Source: Methyloceanibacter sp. (GTDB lineage: Bacteria > Pseudomonadota > Alphaproteobacteria > Rhizobiales > Methyloligellaceae). From it: 57,706 bases of DNA. The notes below the pieces were generated by a model that saw nothing but the letters and a program-made list of their open reading frames with translations, searched no databases and was not told the origin of the DNA. The position numbers were made by a program, and so were the translations under genes. This document shows positions 43,782 to 54,859 of this stretch, one piece after another (position 1 is the first letter of the stretch; every line of letters starts with the position of its first letter). The stretch is taken from positions 1 to 57,706 of the forward strand of contig DATICH010000161.1 in the NCBI GenBank assembly GCA_035456885.1. Direction: 5' to 3'.

Positions 43782-44636
43782 ATGAATGAAGCCATAAAGC
43801 CCGTGCCGAGCGCGGCGGTGTCGGCCGGAAATGCGACGTTCGGCAACGACTTGCCGCTTGCTCTTATTGCCGGACCTTGCCTTCTGGAGAGCCGGGCGCA
43901 CGCGCTGGAAACCGCGCTGGCGCTGAAAGAAATCGCCGAAAGGCTGAGGCTCGGGCTGGTCTACAAAAGCTCCTTCGACAAGGCGAACCGCACCAGTGCT
44001 CAGAGCGCCCGCGGACTCGGTCTCAAGGAGGCGCTTCCGATCTTCGCGGAGATCAGGGAAACGACAGGTCTTCCCATCACCACCGACGTGCATGAGGCGC
44101 AGCAATGCGCAGCCATTGCCGAAGCGGTCGATGTATTGCAGATTCCGGCCTTCCTCTGCCGGCAGACCGATTTGCTCGTCGCCGCCGCGCGCACGGGCAA
44201 GCCGATAAACGTCAAGAAGGGCCAGTTCTTGGCACCATGGGACATGAAGCATGTCGTCGCCAAGATCATCGGCGCCGCTAATCCGAACGTGCTCGTCACC
44301 GAGCGCGGCGTCTCCTTCGGCTACAACGCGCTCGTCTCCGACATGCGCGCGCTGCCGATCCTCGCCGAGACGGGCGCGCCGGTGATCTTCGACGCGACGC
44401 ATTCGGTGCAACAGCCAGGCGGGCAGGGGGCGGCGAGCGGCGGCGAGCGGCGTTTCGTGCCGGTGCTCGCCCGCGCGGCGGTGGCGGTGGGCGTGGCCGG
44501 TCTCTTCATCGAGACGCATCAGGATCCCGACCGCGCCCCCTCCGACGGTCCCAATATGCTCCCACTCGCTTCGCTCGAGCCGCTGCTCAAGGAGCTGATC
44601 GAGATCGACCGCCTGGTGAAGCGCACCAGCCACTAA
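43782..44636 (+). CDS. kdsA: KDO 8-phosphate synthase (AGPC, metal-dependent class)
   Basis: IAGPC, SFDKANRTS, QIPAFLCRQTD, KKGQF, DATHSVQ, SDGPN. Confidence 0.97.
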   Translation: MNEAIKPVPSAAVSAGNATFGNDLPLALIAGPCLLESRAHALETALALKEIAERLRLGLVYKSSFDKANRTSAQSARGLGLKEALPIFAEIRETTGLPITTDVHEAQQCAAIAEAVDVLQIPAFLCRQTDLLVAAARTGKPINVKKGQFLAPWDMKHVVAKIIGAANPNVLVTERGVSFGYNALVSDMRALPILAETGAPVIFDATHSVQQPGGQGAASGGERRFVPVLARAAVAVGVAGLFIETHQDPDRAPSDGPNMLPLASLEPLLKELIEIDRLVKRTSH

Positions 44637-44662
44637 GCATCACGCCTGCGGCCGGAATTGGG

Positions 44663-45124
44663 TCAGCCCCGGCCGCGATAGGGCGCAACGCCCTGATCGG
44701 GAATCCACACGCCTTCTGGCGGCGTGCCGTGCTGCCAAAACACGTCAATGGGAATGCCGCCGCGCGGATACCAATAGCCGCCGATCCTGAGCCACGCCGG
44801 CTCCACCAGCTCGACCATGCGCTTGCCGATGGCGATGGTGGCATCCTCGTGAAAGGCGCCGACATTGCGGAAGCTCGCCAGATACAGCTTCAGCGATTTC
44901 GACTCGACGAGCCACTGGCGTGGCGCATAGTCGATGACGAAATGCGCAAAGTCCGGCTGACCGGTCACCGGGCAAAGACAGGTGAATTCGGGCGCCGTGA
45001 AGCGGGCGATATAGGCGGTGTCTCGATGCGGATTTGCCACCCGCTCGAGCTCGGCTTCCGCCGGTGACTTGGGCAGCGGCGACTTCGCGCCGAGCTGCCG
45101 CAATCCGGTGATCTTGCGCGCCAT
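44663..45124 (-). CDS. queF: preQ0 (7-cyano-7-deazaguanine) reductase, unimodular type
   Basis: [24 protein letters not shown] QueF motif, FHE, PRGGI. Confidence 0.96.
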   Translation of the reverse strand: MARKITGLRQLGAKSPLPKSPAEAELERVANPHRDTAYIARFTAPEFTCLCPVTGQPDFAHFVIDYAPRQWLVESKSLKLYLASFRNVGAFHEDATIAIGKRMVELVEPAWLRIGGYWYPRGGIPIDVFWQHGTPPEGVWIPDQGVAPYRGRG

Positions 45125-45129
45125 CTCGT

Positions 45130-45510
45130 CTACTCCGCCGCGAGCCTGGGCCGCGGCCCACGATAGACGCAGCCTTCATGGCAGGAATCGCGCGCGATCT
45201 CGATCTCGGCCAGCCCGGGCAGGCGATTGTGCAAGCGATCCCACAGCCACATGGCGATCCGCTCCAAGGTCGGCGCCTGCAAGTCTTCGACCTCGTTCAG
45301 CAGACGATGATCCAGCGCATCGCGCACATCGGCGATGGCCGCGTCAAGATCGTCGAAGTGAATCAAGATGCCGCTCGCAGAGTCCGGCTCGCCGTCGACC
45401 GTCACCCGCACGCGGAAGGAATGTCCGTGCACACGCGCATTCGGATGCCCTTGAGGCGCCGAGGGCAGGAAATGGGCGGCTTCGAAGAAGAATTCCTTAT
45501 AGACACGCAT
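45130..45510 (-). CDS. queD: 6-carboxy-5,6,7,8-tetrahydropterin synthase (PTPS/QueD family)
   Basis: [24 protein letters not shown]; que-cluster context. Confidence 0.88.
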   Translation of the reverse strand: MRVYKEFFFEAAHFLPSAPQGHPNARVHGHSFRVRVTVDGEPDSASGILIHFDDLDAAIADVRDALDHRLLNEVEDLQAPTLERIAMWLWDRLHNRLPGLAEIEIARDSCHEGCVYRGPRPRLAAE

Positions 45511-45548
45511 GGCGGTGTTTAGGCGATTTTCGGCACTACTGCCAAGGG

Positions 45549-46184
45549 TTAGGGCAGGCCGAGCAATTTATGGGTTTGCAGGCTCAAACGCCATTTGGGA
45601 TGGGCCTGGCAGTAACTAATCGCGGCGCTAAGGTTAGCGGGCGACTTGGCGCCTTCATCCAACGGCTGCAGCAGGAAATGCTTGAAGTCGAGGCCTTCCA
45701 GCACGCGCGGGTCGAGCGCGGCTTGCGGATAGACCAGCTTCAACTCGTCGCCCGAGCGCTGCACGAGCTTGGCTCCGGCCTTGGGGCTCACGCAGATCCA
45801 ATCGATCGCGCGCGGCACTGGCAGGGTGCCGTTGGTCTCGATGGCGATTTCGAAACCTTGCGCATGCAGCGCCGCTATCAAGGCATCGTCGACTTGCAGC
45901 ATCGGCTCGCCGCCGGTCAGCACCACGAATGGCGGCGTTCCGGAATTGCCCCGCCAAATCGCGCGCGCCGCGCGCGCCAATTCCTCGGCGGTCGCGAACT
46001 TGCCGCCGCCCGGTCCGTCGGTGCCGACAAAATCTGTATCGCAGAAATTGCAAGTCGCGTCCGCACGGTCGCCCTCGCGGCCCGACCAGAGATTACAGCC
46101 GGCAAAGCGCAAGAACACGGCGGCGCGCCCAGTCTGCGCGCCTTCGCCTTGCAGCGTGTAATAGATTTCCTTGACCGAATACAT
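45549..46184 (-). CDS. queE: 7-carboxy-7-deazaguanine synthase (radical SAM, CX14CX2C type)
   Basis: KEIYYTLQGEG, RFAGCNLWSGREGDRADATCNFCDT, TGGEP, ETNG, SPK, SLQTHK. Confidence 0.96.
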   Translation of the reverse strand: MYSVKEIYYTLQGEGAQTGRAAVFLRFAGCNLWSGREGDRADATCNFCDTDFVGTDGPGGGKFATAEELARAARAIWRGNSGTPPFVVLTGGEPMLQVDDALIAALHAQGFEIAIETNGTLPVPRAIDWICVSPKAGAKLVQRSGDELKLVYPQAALDPRVLEGLDFKHFLLQPLDEGAKSPANLSAAISYCQAHPKWRLSLQTHKLLGLP

Positions 46185-46230
46185 GGGCGAGAACTTGGCC
46201 CTTCGTGTGTTCGGACGCAAGGGCGCGGAA

Positions 46231-47697
46231 TCACCCGGACAGAAACGGGGCGGCAAGGACGATGCCCGTGGTGATCACCGCGGCGCCAATCAGACTCAGA
46301 ATGAATCCGGCGCGCAGCATCTGCGGCAGGGTCACGAGTCCCGTGCCGAACACCAGTGCATTCGGCAAGGTGGCGACCGGAAGCATATAGGCCGAAGAGG
46401 CCGCGAGCCCGACCGCAACCCCGATCAGCAGCGGCGCTGTGTCGGCGCCGATCGCCAAACTACCGGCGATCGGCAGGAAGGCTGCAGCCGTCGCCGTGTT
46501 GCTCATCAACTCGGTCAAGAACACGACCAGCAGACACGCACCCCCAACCAGCACGATCAGCGGCATGCCGTGCAGGAAGGAGAGGCCGTTGCCGAGCCAC
46601 AGCGCGAGACCCGAATTTTCGATGGCCTGCGCCAAGCTCAAGCCGCCGCCGAACAGGATCAGAATATCGAACGGCGCCTTGCGCGCGGTCTCCCGGTCGA
46701 GCAGGAACCGCCGCGCGGGCCAATCGGCCGGAATGGCGCAGAGCGCGATCGCCCCGGCGACGGCGATCCCGGTATCGGTGATCCGGGCGCCGACCCAGCC
46801 GCCGATCAAGGGATGCAGGATCCAGCCCGCCGCCACCGCGGTGAAGATCAGCGCCACGCGCTTTTCCGGCGTGGTGATCGGACCCATCTCCCGCAGCATG
46901 TCGGCGACGACATGGGTCTCGGTTCCGGCCAGCGCCTTCGAGAAAGGAAAGGTCAAGCGGGTGAGCACCAAGAAGGCGAACGCTAGCATCACCACGACAA
47001 TGGGCAGTGCAATCGCCATCCATTCGGCGAAGCTCACCTGCACGTTGAAGGTCTGGCCGAGATAGCTTGCCGCGAGCGCATTGGGCGGCGAGCCGATCAA
47101 GGTCGACATGCCGCCGATCGAGGCCGCATAGGCCACCCCCAGCATCATCGCCGCGGCGAAGTTGGTTTCCTCGCGCCCTCGCATCGTCCCTTCCGGCAAG
47201 ATCACGGTGATCAGCGAGATCGCGATCGGCAGCATCATCACCGTGGTCGCGGTGTTGCTGATCCACATCGAGATGGCGGCGGTCGCCAGCATGACGCCGC
47301 CGACCAGATTGAGCGGCCGGTTGCCGACGCTGAGGATGATGTGGAAAGCGATGCGCCGGTGCAGGTTCCAGCGCTGCACCGCAAGCGCGATGAGAAAACC
47401 GCCGAACAGCAGAAACACCACCGGGTTGGCGAACGGCGCCGCGGCTTCGTGGAGATTGGAGATGCCGAGCAGCGGTAGCATGACGAGCGGCAGAAGCGCG
47501 GTGGCGAATAGCGGCAGCGCCTCGGTCGCCCACCAGATTGCCATCCACACCGCGAGCGCGGCAGTCGCCCAACCCGCGGCGGAAAGCCCTGCAGGCGGCG
47601 GACTGAGCATCATCGCCGCGAAAGCGAGCGGCCCGAGCAACAGGCCGATCAGCTGATAAGTCCTGAACGGACCTATGACGCGCTCTTCCTCCAGCAT
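46231..47697 (-). CDS. DASS/SLC13-family sodium:anion (dicarboxylate/sulfate) symporter
   Basis: WWATEALP, two SNT motifs (SMWISNTAT, TELMSNTAT), GSPPN, LFGGG, LPVATLPNA. Confidence 0.9.
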   Translation of the reverse strand: MLEEERVIGPFRTYQLIGLLLGPLAFAAMMLSPPPAGLSAAGWATAALAVWMAIWWATEALPLFATALLPLVMLPLLGISNLHEAAAPFANPVVFLLFGGFLIALAVQRWNLHRRIAFHIILSVGNRPLNLVGGVMLATAAISMWISNTATTVMMLPIAISLITVILPEGTMRGREETNFAAAMMLGVAYAASIGGMSTLIGSPPNALAASYLGQTFNVQVSFAEWMAIALPIVVVMLAFAFLVLTRLTFPFSKALAGTETHVVADMLREMGPITTPEKRVALIFTAVAAGWILHPLIGGWVGARITDTGIAVAGAIALCAIPADWPARRFLLDRETARKAPFDILILFGGGLSLAQAIENSGLALWLGNGLSFLHGMPLIVLVGGACLLVVFLTELMSNTATAAAFLPIAGSLAIGADTAPLLIGVAVGLAASSAYMLPVATLPNALVFGTGLVTLPQMLRAGFILSLIGAAVITTGIVLAAPFLSG

Positions 47698-47868
47698 CGT
47701 CCAACGCACTCCCCGCGCGATGCCGCCTGTCGCGACACTGCTCTATCGTGCCTGATTCTGCACGCTGCGTCGCAGCGAGGCGGCCGCCCGGCGAACCTTT
47801 GGGGCGAAGCGCAAGGCAGGAGAGGCGTCACCGCCTCGTCCCGTCCGCACGTTGGTTGGAAGGTGCAG

Positions 47869-48684
47869 CTACTCCGCCTTCTTTTCTCCGGGTGGGGGAT
47901 AGCGGCCTGGAATTACCTTCTCCGGAGGATTGGTCCCGGGCGGATTGATCGTGCGAATGAAGGCGACGATCTTCCAAAGATGGTCGGATGTCTTGATGAC
48001 GTGTCCCATCATCGGCATCGGCGCATGCACCGTTCCCCATTGGATTCTCTCGAAGCCTTGCTTCTCGAGGTCGGCGGAGCCGAGCGCAATCAGCCGGAAC
48101 AGCACGTCGTCGGTATTGCCCCAGAACCAGACGCCCTGGCTGAGGGCAGGGCAGAAGCCACCGCCGCCACCACCGCCGTGACACTCGTTGCAGCCCGGCA
48201 GGCGGAACTGCTTGACGAGATAATCCTCCGGCGACTCCGCCTTGAGCTTCTGCCAATCGTAGGGATTGTGCAGTCCGCCCGGCGGCACCTGCTTCGCGAG
48301 CTCAATCGGCGGCGGCATGTCTCCCTGCTTGCAGCACGCGGCGTCTCCGGCGGGGTCCGCTTTGCCGTCCGGAGGATCTTTTTCTTCCTCGGCGGCCGCC
48401 TCGTCCGCGGCGGCAATTTTCTTCTCCTCGGCGGCGGCAGCCAAATCCTCGGCAGCAGCCTTTTCCTCCTCGGCGGCAGCTTCTTCGTCTTCGGCAACCT
48501 GGGCGGCGGGAGTCTCCTTTCCGGTGGAGGCCCCAGACATTGCGCTGTCCTCCTGGGCGAGCTCCGTCGGCGCCATAGCCTTCTGCACCGGATCACTGGT
48601 CCAGACGCCAAGGCCTGCAATGACGAGGCCGGCGACCAGCACAGCGGCTGCGGTCATCCACGGTTTGCGTTTTTGCTAACTCAT
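47869..48684 (-). CDS. Exported mono-heme c-type cytochrome with acidic Ala/Glu linker; in-frame TAG at codon 3 (intact ORF from 48657)
   Basis: CNECH heme motif followed by GGGGGGGFCPAL, distal MPMM; hydrophobic N-terminal segment; SD-like AGGGGGGA precedes ATG 48684, which reads MS*QKRKPWMTAAAVLV. Confidence 0.8.
48376..48495 (-). repeat. Degenerate coding tandem repeats (AAAEEEK units) in the cytochrome linker
   Basis: EEAAAEEEKAAAEDLAAAAEEKKIAAADEAAAEEEK; recurring GCCGCCGAGGA DNA unit on the minus strand; boundaries approximate. Confidence 0.55.
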
Positions 48685-48817
48685 CGATCCCCCCTAAATT
48701 ACCAAGGCCCCGCACCCAGATCGCAGGGCGGCAAGATTAAATACTATCAGGAGCGTGGCGTCTGCGGCGCGGATCGCCTCAGGTTGGAGGCGCATCCCCT
48801 TCACAAGGCGTGACAAT

Positions 48818-49546
48818 CTATCGGCGCTGCCTCTTTGGGGCGGCTGCCTGCCACCCTGCATAGCCCTTGGCGCGAAGCTCGCAAGCCGGGCAGGCGCCGC
48901 AGCCATAGCCCCAGTCGTGCCTGAGGCCCCGCTCGCCTTTGTAGCAAGTATGCGTCTCCTCGACGATGAGATTGACCAGTGCCTCCCCGCCGAGCTTCTG
49001 GGCGAGCTCCCAAGTCTCGGCCTTGGTGCACCACATCAGCGGCGTCTCGATCTTGAAAGGAATTTCCGTACCGAGCCTGATCGCTTGCTCCAGCGCCCGC
49101 AAGGTGGCGTCGCGGCAATCCGGATATCCGGAATAGTCCGTCTCGCACATGCCGCCGACCAGCGTGACAAGTCCGCGCCGGTAGCCGAGCGCCGCCGCAT
49201 AGACGAAGAACATGAGATTGCGGCCCGGTACGAAAGTCGATGGCAGTCCTGAGGCGAGCATCTCGATTTCGGCGTCCGAGGTAAGGGCGGTCTCGCCGAT
49301 CACCCCGAAGCTCGCGATGTCGATCAGATGGTCCGGACCGAGCCGCGGCGCCCAAGCTGGGAAACGGTGCGCGATCTCGCTCCTGACGCGCTGCCGGCAC
49401 TCGAGCTCGATGCCGTGCCGCTGGCCATAGTCGAAGCCGACCGTCTCGACTCGGGCATATGTGTCCAGCGCATGAGCGAGACACACGGTGGAATCTTGCC
49501 CACCGGAAAACAGCACCAAAGCGCCGGCCTCTGAATGCGTCGTCAT
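48818..49546 (-). CDS. queC: 7-cyano-7-deazaguanine synthase
   Basis: SGGQDS PP-loop, DYGQRH, TFVPGRN, SGYPDCR, TCY...CGACPAC. Confidence 0.97.
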   Translation of the reverse strand: MTTHSEAGALVLFSGGQDSTVCLAHALDTYARVETVGFDYGQRHGIELECRQRVRSEIAHRFPAWAPRLGPDHLIDIASFGVIGETALTSDAEIEMLASGLPSTFVPGRNLMFFVYAAALGYRRGLVTLVGGMCETDYSGYPDCRDATLRALEQAIRLGTEIPFKIETPLMWCTKAETWELAQKLGGEALVNLIVEETHTCYKGERGLRHDWGYGCGACPACELRAKGYAGWQAAAPKRQRR

Positions 49547-49609
49547 GCACGCTTCCGTCGGAGTTGCCGCCCGAACCTAGCAAGCAAAGGCCGGTTTCCG
49601 ATCCGCGAA

Positions 49610-49639
49610 TTGACCCGCGCATTAGTTGCTTTGTATATA
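49610..49639 (+). promoter_or_regulatory. Promoter for the lipoprotein gene
   Basis: TTGACC-N18-TATATA in an AT-rich patch. Confidence 0.45.
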
Positions 49640-49682
49640 CACTACTACTTTGGAGGGAGGCCCAAGCTTGGGGGGCGGGGCC

Positions 49683-50138
49683 ATGGGACGATTAACTGCC
49701 GCATTGAGTGCGATTTCCATCTTGCTTGCCGGTTGCTCGACGATCGTCAAAGGCACTGAGCAGCAAGTTTCGGTCAATACACCCGGCGCGCCCGGCGCGC
49801 TCTGTCAGCTGCAATCACCCGCCATCGGCACCCGCACAGTGCAAACGCCCGCCAATATCGTTTTGCCGAAGAGCCGGCACAACGTCGCCGTTTCCTGTTC
49901 GGCGCAATGCTTTGGCCCCGGCGTCGGCACGCTCGGCTCCCATACGGAGGTCATGACTGCGGGGAACGTGATCTTCGGCGGCATCATCGGGCTCGGCGTC
50001 GATGCGGCGTCGGGGGCGATGAACAAATACGATTCCGGCGTCGAGGTAATCATGACCCCGTTGCCCGGCTGCGGCCAGCCGCCGCGCAAGGGGAGGGGCA
50101 CGCCGATGGCAAGCGCCTCGGCGCCACCTCCGGGTTAG
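49683..50138 (+). CDS. Hypothetical lipoprotein
   Basis: Lipobox LAGC at residues 15-18, additional Cys residues, glycine-zipper-like GNVIFGGIIGLGVDAASGA. Confidence 0.8.
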   Translation: MGRLTAALSAISILLAGCSTIVKGTEQQVSVNTPGAPGALCQLQSPAIGTRTVQTPANIVLPKSRHNVAVSCSAQCFGPGVGTLGSHTEVMTAGNVIFGGIIGLGVDAASGAMNKYDSGVEVIMTPLPGCGQPPRKGRGTPMASASAPPPG

Positions 50139-50161
50139 CAGCGAACGCGACCGGCCGCTCG

Positions 50162-51947
<1,786 letters not shown>

Positions 51948-51962
51948 GCTTACGGGGGTAGT

Positions 51963-52301
51963 ATGCGTTTCAGAGCTCTCATCTTTCCTCTGCTGGCGCT
52001 GGGGGCGGCCGGCTATTTCGCTTACCATCTGCAGATCGGCGACCATGGGCTGAAGGCCCGCGCCGACCTCGAGGGGCGCAAGGCGGTGCTTGAAGGCGAG
52101 CTCGCAGGCCTACAGGAGGTGCGCGAGCGGCTCGAGCGCGACGTGGCCCTGCTCCGGCCCGAGAGTCTCGATCCAGATATGCTGGACGAGCGCGCCCGCG
52201 CCATTCTCAATCTCGCCCATTCCGACGACCTCATCATGTTGAAGCGGCGGCAGAAGGTGCCCGAGGTCACGGGCGCCACGGGTTCCAACCGCAAGCGCTA
52301 A
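51963..52301 (+). CDS. ftsB: Septum formation initiator FtsB/DivIC
   Basis: Single TM helix, G.HGL, coiled coil, LDPDMLDERAR; usual position after eno. Confidence 0.88.
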   Translation: MRFRALIFPLLALGAAGYFAYHLQIGDHGLKARADLEGRKAVLEGELAGLQEVRERLERDVALLRPESLDPDMLDERARAILNLAHSDDLIMLKRRQKVPEVTGATGSNRKR

Positions 52302-52372
52302 AGTCATTCAGGGGACTTGCCGCCCGTGCTAGCCTCGGACGCGAATCCGGGGCTTCGTGACGAGGAACGGCA

Positions 52373-53428
52373 GTGAATTCCCCCACGCTCAATCCCGCCG
52401 CCGCCAATCCCTGGCTCGAAGAGGAGCGCATGCGCCGCGTCGCGGAGAGCCCGCCGCCGCCCGCCCTGACGGCCGAGCAGGAACTCACCGCGTACCGTCT
52501 GATGCTGCTGATCCGCCGCTTCGAGGAGAAGGCGGGCCAGCTCTACGGCATGGGCTTCATCGGTGGCTTCTGCCATCTCTATATCGGCCAGGAAGCCGTT
52601 GTCGCCGGCATGCAGATGGCGATCTCCGAAGACGATCAGGTCATCACCGCCTATCGCGACCACGGCCACATGCTGGCCTGCGGCATGGACCCGAGACGCG
52701 TGATGGCCGAGCTGACCGGACGCCGCCACGGCTATGCGAAGGGCAAGGGCGGCTCGATGCACATGTTCTCGCCCGAACGAAACTTCTATGGCGGCCACGG
52801 TATCGTCGGCGCGCCGGCGCCGCTCGGCACGGGACTTGCCTTCGCCAACAAATATCGCGGCAACGATCGCGTCTGCCTCACCTATTTCGGCGAGGGTGCG
52901 GCCAATCAGGGCCAAGTCTATGAGAGCTTCAACATGGCATCCCTATGGAAGCTCCCGGTGATCTATGTCATCGAGAACAATCACTATGCCATGGGCACGG
53001 CGGTCGAACGCGGCAGCGCGCTGGCCGAGGAACTTTACCATCGCGGCTCGGTGTACGGCATTCCCGGCGAACAGGTCGACGGCATGGACGTCGCCGCGGT
53101 GAAGGCCGCCGGCGACCGCGCCGTCGCCGGCGCGCGCGGGGGAGAGGGGCCGAAGATCCTCGAAATGCTCACCTACCGCTATCGCGGACATTCCATGTCC
53201 GACCCCGCCAAGTACCGCACGCGCGAGGAGGTGCAAGAGATGCGCGAGCATCGCGACCCGATTGAGCTGTTGCGCAAGCGCCTCCTTGACGAAGGCCGGG
53301 CGAGCGAGGAGGAACTCAAGGAGATCGACCGCGAAGTGCGCGCGCGCGTCAACGAGGCGGCCGAGTACGCGCAGAGCGATCCCGAGCCGGATCCATCCGA
53401 GCTTTACACCGACGTGACCGCGACCTGA
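52373..53428 (+). CDS. pdhA: Pyruvate dehydrogenase E1 alpha subunit
   Basis: IRRFEEKAGQLYGMG.IGGFCHLYIGQEA, GKGGSMH, TPP motif GEGAANQGQ...ENN, YRGHSMSDP; start uncertain. Confidence 0.95.
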   Translation: MNSPTLNPAAANPWLEEERMRRVAESPPPPALTAEQELTAYRLMLLIRRFEEKAGQLYGMGFIGGFCHLYIGQEAVVAGMQMAISEDDQVITAYRDHGHMLACGMDPRRVMAELTGRRHGYAKGKGGSMHMFSPERNFYGGHGIVGAPAPLGTGLAFANKYRGNDRVCLTYFGEGAANQGQVYESFNMASLWKLPVIYVIENNHYAMGTAVERGSALAEELYHRGSVYGIPGEQVDGMDVAAVKAAGDRAVAGARGGEGPKILEMLTYRYRGHSMSDPAKYRTREEVQEMREHRDPIELLRKRLLDEGRASEEELKEIDREVRARVNEAAEYAQSDPEPDPSELYTDVTAT

Positions 53429-53440
53429 TCCCCCCGCCTC

Positions 53441-54859
53441 ATGCCAACAGAAATTCTCATGCCGGCGCTGTCCCCCACCATGGAGGAGGGAAAGCTCGCC
53501 AAATGGCTGGTGCGCGAGGGCGACAACGTGCGCGCTGGCGACGTCATCGCCGAGATCGAGACCGACAAGGCGACCATGGAAATCGAAGCTGTGGACGAGG
53601 GCCGCATCGACAAGATCCTCGTGCCCGAGGGCACCGAGCACGTGGCGGTGAACCGGCCGATCGCCGTCCTCTACGCCGACGGCGAAGATGCCGGGGTCTC
53701 ATCCTTCGAGGAGCCTACTGCAGCCGCTCCTCAGGACACCGTCACGAAGGATGAGACCGCAGAGCCGCCGGCCGATCTTGGCGAAGCGCCGCCGCTTGTG
53801 GAAGAGGCGCCGGCGGGACCGCAGGTCGCGTCGGCCGAGCCTCGGCGCGAGCCCGAAGTCCCCCCCGGCATCGAGATGGTCAGCCTCACCGTGCGCGAGG
53901 CGCTGCGCGACGCCATGGCCGAGGAGATGCGCCGCGACCCCGCCGTGTTCGTGATGGGCGAGGAAGTCGGCCAGTACCAGGGCGCCTACAAAGTGACCCA
54001 AGGCCTGCTCGACGAGTTCGGGCCGCAGCGCGTGGTCGACACGCCGATCACCGAATATGGTTTTGCCGGCATCGGCGTCGGCGCCGCCTTTGCCGGGCTG
54101 AAACCGATCGTCGAGTTCATGACCTGGAACTTCGCCATGCAGGCGATCGACCACATCATCAACTCGGCCGCCAAGACGCTCTATATGTCGGGCGGCAAGA
54201 TGCACTGCCCGATCGTCTTCCGGGGGCCGAACGGGGCGGCGGCGCGCGTCGCGGCCCAACACAGCCAGAACTACGCCGCGTGGTACGCGCATGTGCCGGG
54301 GCTGAAGGTGATCGCGCCCTACACCGCCGCCGACGCCAAGGGCTTGCTGAAGGCTGCGATCCGCGATCCAAGCCCCGTCGTGTTCCTGGAGAACGAAATT
54401 CTCTATGGCCAGAGCTTCGAGGTGCCGAAGCTCAACGACTTCGTGCTGCCGATCGGCAAAGCGCGGGTGGCGCGCGAGGGCCGCCACGTCACCATCGTCT
54501 CCTTCTCGCGCGGCATGGCTTATGCGCTCGACGCCGCCAAGCAACTCGCCGAGGAAGGGATCGAGGCAGAGGTGATCGACTTGCGCACCCTTCGTCCGCT
54601 CGACCTGGAGACGGTGCTCGCCTCGGTTCGCAAGACCAACCGGCTGGTCGCCGTTGAAGAGGGCTGGCCGGTCTGTTCCGTGGCATCGGAGATTTGCGCG
54701 CGCGTAGCGTTGGATGGCTTCGACTATCTTGATGCGCCGCCGATCAAGGTCATCGGCGCCGACGTGCCAATGCCCTACGCCGCCAATCTCGAGAAGCTCG
54801 CTTTGCCCTCGGTCGAGCATGTCGTCGAGGCCGCGAAGTCGGTCTGCTACCGGGAGTGA
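53441..54859 (+). CDS. pdhB: Pyruvate dehydrogenase E1 beta subunit with N-terminal lipoyl domain
   Basis: [16 protein letters not shown] lipoyl-Lys, [21 protein letters not shown]. Confidence 0.97.
   Translation: MPTEILMPALSPTMEEGKLAKWLVREGDNVRAGDVIAEIETDKATMEIEAVDEGRIDKILVPEGTEHVAVNRPIAVLYADGEDAGVSSFEEPTAAAPQDTVTKDETAEPPADLGEAPPLVEEAPAGPQVASAEPRREPEVPPGIEMVSLTVREALRDAMAEEMRRDPAVFVMGEEVGQYQGAYKVTQGLLDEFGPQRVVDTPITEYGFAGIGVGAAFAGLKPIVEFMTWNFAMQAIDHIINSAAKTLYMSGGKMHCPIVFRGPNGAAARVAAQHSQNYAAWYAHVPGLKVIAPYTAADAKGLLKAAIRDPSPVVFLENEILYGQSFEVPKLNDFVLPIGKARVAREGRHVTIVSFSRGMAYALDAAKQLAEEGIEAEVIDLRTLRPLDLETVLASVRKTNRLVAVEEGWPVCSVASEICARVALDGFDYLDAPPIKVIGADVPMPYAANLEKLALPSVEHVVEAAKSVCYRE

Noticed and set aside
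44663-49546. Dpd-type 7-deazaguanine DNA-modification/defence island
   Set aside because: No dpdA/tgt-like, dpdB-K or folE genes nearby, and queF is present, which points to ordinary tRNA queuosine synthesis
49547-49682. preQ1 riboswitch upstream of queC (or queE)
   Set aside because: I could not find a P1 stem with the conserved loop and 3' A-rich tail; queE and queD appear leaderless. An Rfam scan would settle it
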